In this document: positions 26,407 to 35,248 of the stretch, piece by piece
Layout of the letters: every line of letters starts with the position of its first letter
How positions within the stretch are numbered: position 1 is the first letter of the stretch
Translations under genes and position numbers: made by a program
Origin: an uncultured Planctomycetales bacterium
Lineage (GTDB): Bacteria > Omnitrophota > Gorgyraeia > Zapsychrales > JAHFFX01
Direction of reading: 5' to 3'
DNA length: 64,000 nt
Assembly: GCA_964372915.1 (NCBI GenBank)
Contig: CAYJRN010000002.1
Coordinates: 1,409 to 65,408, forward strand
The notes under the pieces: model-generated
What the model was told of the DNA's origin: nothing
The model's input: the letters and a program-made list of their open reading frames with translations, nothing else
The model's database searches: none

Positions 26407-29400
26407 ATGAACAAAAAATTAATATTCATCTGGCTATTCTTATTCTTCCTCATCGGTGCATTATTTTCGTGTGCCTATGCCGGCCAGCTTTTGTTCGACG
26501 GCGTTCCCGTGGACATTACGACCACGGATAATGAGGATCTTTTGCTTGTTCCCGGCACAGGAGGCAACACCCAGATAGGCGACGGCACGGGAACCAATAC
26601 TTACGCCACGAGCAACGATGATCTTCATATTACGGGAATCCTTGAGGCTGACGGCCGCGTTTATGCCGACAACGGTCTGACGACCGGTTCCCATCTTTTG
26701 CCTGCCGCGGCATCTTCGTATAACCTCGGTTCCTCCTCCGTGTGCTGGGCGAGTTTGTATGTGAATAATATCGCAAGCTGCTCTGCCAATATGGATATCT
26801 CCCCCGCGAGCGGTTACAGCTTGACGAGCTCAGTGACTAAATCCTCGACCGGGGCCGAAATTGCCTACCAGCTTTCCGGAACCATTAATAAAACCAGCGG
26901 CAACTATACACTGCTCAAGATGATTGCCACTGAAACTTCCGCCCCTGGCTCGGCGAATAAGCTTCTTGACATGCTGGTTGGGAGTACGAGTTATTTTCAA
27001 GTCTATAACGGAGGGACATCGGCGAATTACGGTGTTCTTTCGCTGGGCGGCGCTGCCTGGGACGGTTCTACGAGCGGTTACTTTGCGGGATCTTCCAGCG
27101 GCACACAGATCGCTGCCAATGCTCCTTCCGGATTTTCTGGGAATCTCATAGACCTGCAGACCGCCGGGTCCTCCAAATTTAGTGTGGATAAAAGTGGTAA
27201 TGTGACCGCCGCGGGGACCATCACTGGTAGTAGCGGCGGCAGTGCTCCTGTGGATGCTACCTATATCACCCAGACCGCCAACTCGACCCTCACGGCCGAA
27301 CAGGCCTTGGGCGGTCTTTCCACCGGCATCATGCGGGTTGCCACAACCACCGGTGTCGTCACGAGTCTTACGGATTCCTCGGGGATTGCCGCGAATGTCT
27401 CGGATGAGACGGGTAGCGGAGCGCTTGTGTTTGGGACCTCGCCGACGTTTACGACGTCAATGACTTCACCTCTAGTGATTGGCGGGACTGCCACAACTTC
27501 GGATTTAAATCTGCAAACGACCTCCGGCGTGGGGACTACCGGAGCGGACATGCACTTTTTGGTTGGTAGTAACGGCGCCACCGAGGCGATGACGATTCTT
27601 AACTCCGGCAGCGTCGGCATTGGGACGACGGCTCCAGCGGCGTTGTTGGATTTAACCAGCCCAGCCACCTCCGGCGGAATACCGACCTTGGCGCTGACTC
27701 CGGGCGCGCATACCGCCATGACCGCGGAGAAGTCAGACTTTTCCATCGCCGCCCACACCGACACAATCACCGGCGCCATCACCACCCAAAGATTTTCTGT
27801 GTTTGGCACTCCCACGATCTCAGCGGCCTCATCATTAACGGTCACCAACGCCGATACCGTGAATATCGCGGGCCTCCCAACGGCCGCGTCCTCGGCGACC
27901 ATCTCCGGGGCCAGCGCCTTGAGAATCCCGGTCGCTCCCCAGGGTTCGGCCAATGTCGGACTTGTATCTTTAGCTTCGGGGGCTTGGGACGGTTCCACTT
28001 CCGGATTTTTTGCCGGATCTTCCTCGGGGACTGTTCTTGCCGTTAATGCGGCCTCCGGCTACGTGGGTAATCTCGCCGACTGGCAGGTGGCCGGCTCCAG
28101 TAAATTCAAAGTCGATTCCTCGGGTAATCTCACGGTCGCCGGCACACAGACCTTTACCGGCAACACCACCGTCTCCGGCAATCTTGCTGTCAACGGCAAC
28201 ACTACCTTGGGAGATGCTTCCACTGATACAGTGACCTTGAACGCGGCTGCGGTGACAGTTGCCAACGACACCAATTTTGTCCTCTCTGGTGGAGTCAATG
28301 GAGCCTCCTTCAACACGAACACTCTTTCCATTGATGCGACCAATGGCCGCGTCGGTATTGGGACGACGGCGCCATCTGATTTTATTCACATCTCTCAGAA
28401 TCCTTCCAGTACAAATACCGTCACGAACGATTTACGCCTTGAGCGTCTGACCACAGGCACCGCAGCCAATGGTTTAGGAGTCGCTACTGACTATTATTTG
28501 GAAGATGATGGAGGTAACTCAAATGAGGCGGCCAGGATTGATGTTGTGTGGGAAGACGCAACCAACACCTCCGAGGACGCCTCAATTCGCTTCAATCAGA
28601 TGGTCGCGGGCACCTTGACCGAGAAGATGCGCATAGATGATGCCGGCAGCGTCGGCATTGGGACGACGGCTCCAGCGGCGTTGTTGGATTTAACCAGCCC
28701 AGCCACCTCCGGCGGAATACCGACCTTGGCGCTGACTCCGGGCGCGCATACCGCCATGACCGCGGAGAAGTCAGACTTTTCCATCGCCGCCCACACCGAC
28801 ACAATCACCGGCGCCATCACCACCCAAAGATTTTCTGTGTTTGGCACTCCCACGATCTCAGCGGCCTCATCATTAACGGTCACCAACGCCGATACCGTGA
28901 ATATCGCGGGCCTCCCAACGGCCGCGTCCTCGGCGACCATCTCCGGGGCCAGCGCCTTGAGAATCCCGGTCGCTCCCCAGGGTTCGGCCAATGTCGGACT
29001 TGTATCTTTAGCTTCGGGGGCTTGGGACGGTTCCACTTCCGGATTTTTTGCCGGATCTTCCTCGGGGACTGTTCTTGCCGTTAATGCGGCCTCCGGCTAC
29101 GTGGGTAATCTCGCCGACTGGCAGGTGGCCGGCTCCAGTAAATTCAAAGTCGATTCCTCGGGTAATCTCACGGTCGCCGGCACACAGACCTTTACCGGCA
29201 ACACCACCGTCTCCGGCAATCTTGCTGTCAACGGCAACACTACCTTGGGAGATGCTTCCACTGATACAGTGACCTTGAACGCGGCTGCGGTGACAGTTGC
29301 CAACGACACCAATTTTGTCCTCTCTGGTGGAGTCAATGGAGCCTCCTTCAACACGAACACTCTTTCCATTGATGCGACCAATGGCCGCGTCGGTATTGGG

Positions 29401-29916
29401 ACGACGGCGCCGGGCGCCTTGCTGGATGTGGGGCTGGCAGGAACCACGCTTGGTGTTATCCGACTGGAAGGCTCAACTTCAGGCTACGCGGCCTTGCAAC
29501 CAACGGCGGCCGCGGGTAGCGTGACACTGACACTCCCAGCGGCGACAGATACACTTGTTGGTAAAGCTACGACCGATACGCTGACCAACAAACGCGTTAC
29601 TAGACGCGCTGTCACAGTAACGCAACATGCCACGCCAACCATCAACACGGATAATACCGATGTCGCGCATATAACCGGACTCGCTCAAGCCATTTCCTCA
29701 ATGACGACGAATCTTTCAGGAACACCAGTAGAAGGTGACATGCTTCGCATTGACATTACCGATGATGGAACCGCGAGAGCTATCACGTGGGGGGCTTCCT
29801 TTGAGGCCAGCGGCACGGTGGCTTTACCGACGACTACAGTCGTCAATGTAAGGCTTGATGTTGGGTTTATCTGGAACACGGTGACCTCAAAATGGCGATG
29901 CGTGGCATCAGCATGA
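26407..29916 (+). CDS. Giant secreted Thr/Gly/Ser/Ala-rich repeat protein (1169 aa), adhesin- or fibre-like
   Basis: Signal peptide MNKKLIFIWLFLFFLIGALFSCAYA. It contains two identical 256-aa segments plus a diverged N-terminal copy of the ~80-aa WDGSTSG.FAGSSSGT...SSKF.VD.SGN.T.AGT module. Confidence 0.8.
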   Translation: MNKKLIFIWLFLFFLIGALFSCAYAGQLLFDGVPVDITTTDNEDLLLVPGTGGNTQIGDGTGTNTYATSNDDLHITGILEADGRVYADNGLTTGSHLLPAAASSYNLGSSSVCWASLYVNNIASCSANMDISPASGYSLTSSVTKSSTGAEIAYQLSGTINKTSGNYTLLKMIATETSAPGSANKLLDMLVGSTSYFQVYNGGTSANYGVLSLGGAAWDGSTSGYFAGSSSGTQIAANAPSGFSGNLIDLQTAGSSKFSVDKSGNVTAAGTITGSSGGSAPVDATYITQTANSTLTAEQALGGLSTGIMRVATTTGVVTSLTDSSGIAANVSDETGSGALVFGTSPTFTTSMTSPLVIGGTATTSDLNLQTTSGVGTTGADMHFLVGSNGATEAMTILNSGSVGIGTTAPAALLDLTSPATSGGIPTLALTPGAHTAMTAEKSDFSIAAHTDTITGAITTQRFSVFGTPTISAASSLTVTNADTVNIAGLPTAASSATISGASALRIPVAPQGSANVGLVSLASGAWDGSTSGFFAGSSSGTVLAVNAASGYVGNLADWQVAGSSKFKVDSSGNLTVAGTQTFTGNTTVSGNLAVNGNTTLGDASTDTVTLNAAAVTVANDTNFVLSGGVNGASFNTNTLSIDATNGRVGIGTTAPSDFIHISQNPSSTNTVTNDLRLERLTTGTAANGLGVATDYYLEDDGGNSNEAARIDVVWEDATNTSEDASIRFNQMVAGTLTEKMRIDDAGSVGIGTTAPAALLDLTSPATSGGIPTLALTPGAHTAMTAEKSDFSIAAHTDTITGAITTQRFSVFGTPTISAASSLTVTNADTVNIAGLPTAASSATISGASALRIPVAPQGSANVGLVSLASGAWDGSTSGFFAGSSSGTVLAVNAASGYVGNLADWQVAGSSKFKVDSSGNLTVAGTQTFTGNTTVSGNLAVNGNTTLGDASTDTVTLNAAAVTVANDTNFVLSGGVNGASFNTNTLSIDATNGRVGIGTTAPGALLDVGLAGTTLGVIRLEGSTSGYAALQPTAAAGSVTLTLPAATDTLVGKATTDTLTNKRVTRRAVTVTQHATPTINTDNTDVAHITGLAQAISSMTTNLSGTPVEGDMLRIDITDDGTARAITWGASFEASGTVALPTTTVVNVRLDVGFIWNTVTSKWRCVASA
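27605..28373. repeat. 769-bp perfect direct repeat, copy 1, inside the giant gene (period 1038 bp, 346 codons)
   Basis: Identical to 28643..29411, with the first difference at 28374 vs 29412. The ORF track shows identical antisense and sense ORF pairs (27261..27998 vs 28596..29036; 28010..28234 vs 29048..29272). Confidence 0.95.
28643..29411. repeat. 769-bp perfect direct repeat, copy 2
   Basis: See copy 1. Confidence 0.95.
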
Positions 29917-32030
29917 AACGAATTGTTTTAATTCTTTTAGGTCTTCTGTTTTGGTGTTCCTCTGCCTGGGCGAACACCTGCGTAGGCGCGTCCGGAGGCG
30001 GCAACTGGACGGCGGCGGGAACTTGGACAAGCTGTGGCTCGGTCGCTCCGACCGCGGCTGATGATGTGCAGCTCACCAGCGCCTCCGGCGCTGTGACGAT
30101 TGATTCCGGCGCGGTCGGTCGCTCCCTCGATTGCACGGGCTATACCGGCACGCTCACTCATAACGCTGTGACCTTAAATTTGGGTGATGGCACGGCAGGA
30201 GCGTCGAATATCGCCCTCACGCTCGTCTCCGGCATGACGTACACGCTGGTCAACGCGAACACCTCCGCTATTACCTTCAAGTCCACCTCTACCACCCAGC
30301 AAACCATAACGATTGGAGGCAAGACGCTTGGCAACATGACGATCAACGGAGCAAGTTCAAGTTATTTACTGCAAGACACGCTAATTGCCGCCGGCTTCAC
30401 GCATACTGCTGGGACATTTAACGCTAATGGTAAGACAATCACGACGACGACTCTGAGCATAACCGGGTCAGGCACTCGCACCTTAACGCTGGGGGCGGCG
30501 GCGTGGGCATTGACTACCGGTGGCACAGCCACGATTGATACCGGAGGGGTCAGCAATCTAACGATTACTGCCAACACCGCGACCTTTACGTTGAGCGGGG
30601 CTGCGGCCCAGGCGAATACAGGACAAAATTGGCAGGGGGCGAGTATTGTCTTTTCTGGTTCTGGGGCTTCAGGATTGACGGGTACGAGTTGGACGTTTGC
30701 AAACGTTACGAGAACCGGCACGGCGGTCAAGACGGATACCTTCATCATTCGTACTGGCACGGTCAGCAGCACGTTTACCGTCAACGGCAACAGCGCCATT
30801 AACCGAGTGCTCGTTCAGCAACAAGGCGCGATTGGCACGGCGGCGACGATTACGGCAGGGACGGTTACCGTGACGAACGCGGACTTTAGGGATATCACGG
30901 GAGCCGGTGCTGGTTCGTGGGACTTGTCCGCCATCACCGGAGGCTCTGGCAACTGCGGAGGAAATTCTGGCATCACCTTCACCACAGCGGTGACTCGCTA
31001 TTGGGTCGGCGGAACAGGCAGTTGGTCGAGCACGGGCGAATGGGCGGAAACTAGTGGTGGGGCTAGCGGAGCTACTGTGCCGTTGTCGCAAGACGATGTT
31101 GTCTTTGATGCCAGCTCTTTCACGGCAGGTTCGCAGACCGCGACACTCGATATGCCTAGAGCAGGTAAAAATATCAATTGGACAGGGGCTACCAACACTC
31201 CCGCCTGGGCGAAAACTACCGCCACGACAAGTTATGGGTCGGTCACGATGATCTCTGGTATGACCAATAGTGGAGGGACAGTCTATACTTTTGAAGGACG
31301 TGGGTCGTTCACGTTTACCAGCGCAGGATTGACTTGGACAAATCCGATTACGATAGCGATGATTAACGGCACGCTCACGTTACAAGACGCCTTAACGAGT
31401 TCCGGCAGCAGCATCACTTTTAATAACGGAACATTCAATGCCAATAATTTTAGCGTGACCTTGCCTACATTTGTTTCCAGTGTTTCTAACACTCGCACGC
31501 TGACGATGGGTAGCGGGACATGGACACTCAACGGGACGGGGACGGTGTGGAACCTGACCACGACCAATCTGACCTTTACGGCAAATACCGCGACGATTGT
31601 GGTTTCGAATACCACCACTACCGCCAAAACCTTCACTGGCGGGGGAGCGACGGCTTACAATAACGTTACATGGTCAGGTGACAATATCACGGTTGGCGGT
31701 TCAAATACGTTTGGCGGTATATTCGCGGTCAATAATGGTAATCTCGCGAATGGACTTAAACTGACGGCAGGGACGACGCAAACAATCGGGTCGCTTACCT
31801 CAAATGGGGCTTCGGGGAGTGTGGCTATTATGATTTCCGCGACAGCCAGTTCAAACGCCACGTTGTCAGACTCATCCGGGACAAATTGTGTTAATTATAT
31901 GACATTGACAGACATCGTCGGGACAGGGGGAGCGACGTGGAATGTGGGGGCTAATTCAACTCTTACTAGAACAACTAATTTGAATGCTGTAGGATGTGCT
32001 CAAGGCAATTTCTTTCTGCTGTTTCAATGA
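29913..32030 (+). CDS. Secreted Thr/Gly-rich protein with beta-helix-like short repeats (705 aa)
   Basis: Signal peptide MKRIVLILLGLLFWCSSAWA. Recurrent G-T-x-T-L/I-T/N motifs (TLTHNAVTLNLGDG, KTITTTTLSITGSGTRTLTLG, RTLTMGSGTWTLNGTG). Its ATG overlaps the upstream stop (ATGA). Confidence 0.75.
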   Translation: MKRIVLILLGLLFWCSSAWANTCVGASGGGNWTAAGTWTSCGSVAPTAADDVQLTSASGAVTIDSGAVGRSLDCTGYTGTLTHNAVTLNLGDGTAGASNIALTLVSGMTYTLVNANTSAITFKSTSTTQQTITIGGKTLGNMTINGASSSYLLQDTLIAAGFTHTAGTFNANGKTITTTTLSITGSGTRTLTLGAAAWALTTGGTATIDTGGVSNLTITANTATFTLSGAAAQANTGQNWQGASIVFSGSGASGLTGTSWTFANVTRTGTAVKTDTFIIRTGTVSSTFTVNGNSAINRVLVQQQGAIGTAATITAGTVTVTNADFRDITGAGAGSWDLSAITGGSGNCGGNSGITFTTAVTRYWVGGTGSWSSTGEWAETSGGASGATVPLSQDDVVFDASSFTAGSQTATLDMPRAGKNINWTGATNTPAWAKTTATTSYGSVTMISGMTNSGGTVYTFEGRGSFTFTSAGLTWTNPITIAMINGTLTLQDALTSSGSSITFNNGTFNANNFSVTLPTFVSSVSNTRTLTMGSGTWTLNGTGTVWNLTTTNLTFTANTATIVVSNTTTTAKTFTGGGATAYNNVTWSGDNITVGGSNTFGGIFAVNNGNLANGLKLTAGTTQTIGSLTSNGASGSVAIMISATASSNATLSDSSGTNCVNYMTLTDIVGTGGATWNVGANSTLTRTTNLNAVGCAQGNFFLLFQ

Positions 32031-32124
32031 AGCGCGTCCACTGCGGTACGCACGCTTGCAATCAGGCGTTGGAAATCTTCTATGGTGGCGAATTGAGGGG
32101 GGAAGGGTATTGGGGGATTGAGAT

Positions 32125-32152
32125 AGTCGTGGGTCTTGAGTCGTGGGTCTTG
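32125..32152. repeat. Two tandem copies of GTCGTGGGTCTTGA immediately upstream of the four-helix-bundle gene. The inverted partner CAAGACTCACGAC lies at 32459..32471.
   Basis: Read directly; one mismatch in the inverted copy. Confidence 0.7.
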
Positions 32153-32169
32153 AATCAAGAGAGAATAAA

Positions 32170-32415
32170 ATGGAACGAATAGAAAATTTTAAAGATTTGC
32201 GTATTTGGCAAACTGGAATGGACTTGGTTGAAAAGATATATAAAATTACGAAATCTTTTCCGCCAAGCGAATCTTACGGCTTAACATCGCAGATGAGAAG
32301 ATCGACCATTTCAATTCCTTCTAATATTGCCGAAGGTTTTCGAAGAAGGCATGCAAAGGAGTATAGACAGTTCTTGTCAGTTTCTTTAGGTTCCTGTGGA
32401 GAATTTGTAAAATGA
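32170..32415 (+). CDS. Four-helix-bundle protein of the 23S rRNA intervening-sequence / Avd-like family, apparently C-terminally truncated (81 aa)
   Basis: MERIENFKDLRIWQTGMDLVEKIYKITKSFPPSESYGLTSQMRRSTISIPSNIAEGFRRRHAKEYRQFLSVSLGSCGEFVK matches the family pattern F.DL.VWQ...L....Y.LT..FP..E.YGLTSQ.RR.A.SIPSNIAEG..R....E...FL..A.GS. It stops where family members continue for ~35 more residues. Confidence 0.6.
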   Translation: MERIENFKDLRIWQTGMDLVEKIYKITKSFPPSESYGLTSQMRRSTISIPSNIAEGFRRRHAKEYRQFLSVSLGSCGEFVK

Positions 32416-32437
32416 TTCACGCTCTCTCGAATAAATT

Positions 32438-34747
32438 ATGACAATAGTCAGCCCATCCCAAGACTCACGACCCAAGGCCCATGATAGATTTTTGTTGCTT
32501 GGTTCTTTATTTTTTTTTCTTTTGTTAATTACGACGTTACCCGCTTCCGCCGTCCTCACCGACAGCTACCTGGAAGATTTTGAAGGCCGTGAGAATGGCG
32601 TTTCCTTAAACGGAATCGATTCCTGGAGCCTGACGCAGGGAGTAGCGGCCAATGCCGTTGTCCAGTCGGGCCTCACTTTCAGCGGCTCTGGAAAATCTTT
32701 GAAACTTATTGGAGCTTTATCCACCGTTCATATCGGGCGCCCCAGCAGTTACGGGGGGAGAAGCCCTGGCTGGATCCGCTTTCGCGTACGTCCCGCCAAT
32801 TCCGAGGATACGCCGGCTGTCCCAACGACCGGTGTGGGCGCCGTCTGCCTTGACCCCAAGGGCAATCTCCTGGTTGCCGACGGGGCCTCCTGGGTCGACA
32901 GCGGATTGGACTATACAGTGGGGCGGTGGTATGACGTCGTGATGAAAGTGAATTTTTCTTCTCATACCTATGACGTTTATTTCAACGATGCCCTTTTGCC
33001 GGATCCTTTCTTTAAACCCATCAAGACCAAACTGAAGTTTATCGACCCAAAGGTGAATTCTTTGAGCAGTATCAACTTCGCAGGGTCCTATTCCAAGTCT
33101 TCCGCCACTGACGTTTACGTGGACGACGTTTCCATCAGTCATATGGAGCATCTCTTAATCACCACGGTTCCCCAGAAGCTCTTTCTTAAGGAGCCTTCCA
33201 GCGTCATGGTGGTCCAACTGCAGGACTCCAATAATAACGCGCAGAGCGCGGTCGCCGATATCACCCTGCAGCTTAAAACCACTTCGGGGAAGGGGACATT
33301 TTCCCTTGATAAGTTTCTCTGGCAAAACATCACTGAGCTGGTGATCCCCAAGAGGATCCAATCCGCGATCTTCTATTATAAAGACGGCCAGCCAGGAGAA
33401 CCCATCATTAGCATCTCCGAGTATCCCTCCTGGGGGCTTCTGGAAGCGTTTCAGCAACAAGAAGTCCTCAACCAGATCATCTCTTTTAAAGTGGAAGCGA
33501 CCAGCCCTCAGCTGGCCGGGGGGACGTTTGTTGTCAAAATCACGGCCGTCAAAGAGGACGGCAGCCTCAACGAATATTACGATGGTTCGTTGGCGCTTTC
33601 GGCGGAGTACGTCCTGCCCCTGGGCGGAACGCTTAAGCTTTCCCCGGATACCGCTTCGGGGTTCGTGAAAGGATATAAGGAGGTGAACCTAGTCTACCCG
33701 GATGCCGGGATCATCAAAGTGAAAGTGGAAGATGCGGATGATTCCAAACAAGTGGGAGCCAGTCCGCAAATTCTGTTTTTGCCGGCGGCTTTTATGGTGA
33801 GTGGCGAGAGCCCGCAGACGGTCAGTCAATTCTTCCCTTTGAGCCTCAAAGCGGTCAATATTCACGGGCAGCTGACCCCTAATTACCAGGGGAATATGAA
33901 TTTAACCGCCGTGCCGGTCGTGCCGGCTGAGCTTCCCGGCTTTTTTCTCGCTCCTTTGACGGTGACGGGAACGTCGTTCACGGCCGGGACAGCCACGATC
34001 GACGCGGCTTATAAAAGTTTCGGAACGATCAAGATTAAGGCCGCGGATTCGACGGACTCTTCAAAACAGGGCGTAAGCGCTGATATCAAATTCGTGCCCA
34101 AGGGTCTTAAGGCGACATGGGGTGCGCCGCCGGTGGGAAGGAATTATTATTATCTGGGCGAAACCTTGAGTTTCGAGGTTCAACTCATTGATGAGGACGG
34201 CGGGCCGGTCGACAGCTACACGGGAGCGATGGACTTAAGCTGCGACCAATCGCTCAACTTGCCGTTGGATTACGCGTTTGTGGGAACGGAGGGCGGAAAA
34301 AAACTTTTTACAGTCACGCCCAGTCGGGCCGGGGTTTTCGCGGTCAGCGTGAAAACCCAGGACGGCTTCGCGGTGACCTCGCCTGATATCACCATCAAGG
34401 GCGCGTTCATTCAGGTCATAGATACGACCGCCGTCGTGGGGACCGGACAGGTGGAAATCCGCCTGGTGGATGAAGATGGCAACATCATCGTGGACAATGG
34501 GCTGTCCCTTAACATTTTATTGGAAGAAGACAATGACAATCAAAGCGCTTATCTGGCCTCCGGGCAGGTCACTCTGCAGGACGGCCGGGCCTTTGTTTCG
34601 ATTACCGATTCCGAAGCCGAAGACGTAACGGTGAGCGCCACCTCAAACTTGAAAATCAAATCCAAAAAAGGGAAAATCAAATTCGGCCGGATAGGGAAAA
34701 GCGGCATCAATCCTCTGTTATGGAGAGAAATCAAGGAGAAAAAGTAG
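32438..34747 (+). CDS. Large secreted protein with N-terminal lectin/LamG-like region and multiple Ig-like beta domains
   Basis: Signal peptide ...LLLGSLFFFLLLITTLPASA. The beta-rich repeat units are each ~90-100 aa. Unknown function. Confidence 0.6.
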   Translation: MTIVSPSQDSRPKAHDRFLLLGSLFFFLLLITTLPASAVLTDSYLEDFEGRENGVSLNGIDSWSLTQGVAANAVVQSGLTFSGSGKSLKLIGALSTVHIGRPSSYGGRSPGWIRFRVRPANSEDTPAVPTTGVGAVCLDPKGNLLVADGASWVDSGLDYTVGRWYDVVMKVNFSSHTYDVYFNDALLPDPFFKPIKTKLKFIDPKVNSLSSINFAGSYSKSSATDVYVDDVSISHMEHLLITTVPQKLFLKEPSSVMVVQLQDSNNNAQSAVADITLQLKTTSGKGTFSLDKFLWQNITELVIPKRIQSAIFYYKDGQPGEPIISISEYPSWGLLEAFQQQEVLNQIISFKVEATSPQLAGGTFVVKITAVKEDGSLNEYYDGSLALSAEYVLPLGGTLKLSPDTASGFVKGYKEVNLVYPDAGIIKVKVEDADDSKQVGASPQILFLPAAFMVSGESPQTVSQFFPLSLKAVNIHGQLTPNYQGNMNLTAVPVVPAELPGFFLAPLTVTGTSFTAGTATIDAAYKSFGTIKIKAADSTDSSKQGVSADIKFVPKGLKATWGAPPVGRNYYYLGETLSFEVQLIDEDGGPVDSYTGAMDLSCDQSLNLPLDYAFVGTEGGKKLFTVTPSRAGVFAVSVKTQDGFAVTSPDITIKGAFIQVIDTTAVVGTGQVEIRLVDEDGNIIVDNGLSLNILLEEDNDNQSAYLASGQVTLQDGRAFVSITDSEAEDVTVSATSNLKIKSKKGKIKFGRIGKSGINPLLWREIKEKK

Positions 34748-34767
34748 TCAATAGGTCCATGAGTGGG

Positions 34768-34799
34768 TAATGTGGTATAATTACGCTGGAGGTGATAAA
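34768..34799 (+). promoter_or_regulatory. Extended -10 promoter TGTGGTATAATT plus ribosome-binding site GGAGGTGAT for hicB copy 1; duplicated at 36984..37016
   Basis: AATGTGGTATAATTACGCTGGAGGTGATAAATATG here and CGATGTGGTATAATTCTTGGGGAGGTGATTGAACATG before copy 2. Confidence 0.55.
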
Positions 34800-35016
34800 T
34801 ATGCGTTTCAATATTATTTTGGAGAAGGCTGAAGAAGGCGGCTATAATGTGCGCGTCCCGGCATTGGATGGGTGTTTTACGCAAGGGGATACCGTTGAAG
34901 CCGCTGTTAAGAATGCCAAGGAGGCGATCCTTTGCTATCTGGAAGGATTGGTCAAAGTCAATGAAATTAAAACTAGACCTGGTCTCATGGTCAAGGAAAT
35001 TGAAGTGGCTGTATGA
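34792..35016 (+). CDS. hicB: HicB-family antitoxin (UPF0150 fold), copy 1
   Basis: [48 protein letters not shown], the classic HicB N-domain pattern. Its stop overlaps the hicA start. Confidence 0.75.
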   Translation: MINMRFNIILEKAEEGGYNVRVPALDGCFTQGDTVEAAVKNAKEAILCYLEGLVKVNEIKTRPGLMVKEIEVAV

Positions 35017-35228
35017 GCAAAATTTTTTCCGGCAAGCAGGTTGTCAAGGCGTTTCACCGCATCGGTTTTGTGGTCGATCATCAACGCGGCAGCCACATTT
35101 TTCTGCACCATCTTGAACGTAACATTTCCCTTGTAGTTCCCAATCATAAGGAATTGCGTAAAGGCACTCTTCACAGCATTATGAAGAAGGCCGTAATAAC
35201 GATAGAAGATTTTAAAAAATTGATATAA
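35013..35228 (+). CDS. hicA: HicA-family mRNA-interferase toxin (YcfA-like), copy 1
   Basis: [27 protein letters not shown]...[19 protein letters not shown], the HicA dsRBD-like pattern with the catalytic His region. Confidence 0.8.
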   Translation: MSKIFSGKQVVKAFHRIGFVVDHQRGSHIFLHHLERNISLVVPNHKELRKGTLHSIMKKAVITIEDFKKLI

Positions 35229-35248
35229 ATTTTCCGGTAGATGATCTT

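Noticed and set aside
27261-29447. Antisense and overlapping ORF-track calls inside the giant gene (27261..27998, 28596..29036, 28059..28343, 29097..29447 and others)
   Set aside because: They occur in identical pairs because of the 769-bp duplication. They are antisense or out of frame to a strongly supported long ORF with a signal peptide. They are treated as artefacts of GC-rich repetitive DNA.
26407-29916. CRISPR array or prophage tail-fibre region suggested by long periodic repeats and Thr/Gly-rich composition
   Set aside because: The repeat period is 1038 bp with 769-bp identical units inside a single ORF, not short repeats with unique spacers. There are no cas genes, integrase, terminase, capsid or tail genes nearby.
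29913-34747. Complete diversity-generating retroelement around the Avd-like gene
   Set aside because: No reverse transcriptase ORF anywhere in the window. No template/variable repeat pair with adenine-specific mismatches was found by eye near the 3' ends of the flanking surface-protein genes. The Avd-like gene is truncated. It is kept only as a possible remnant.
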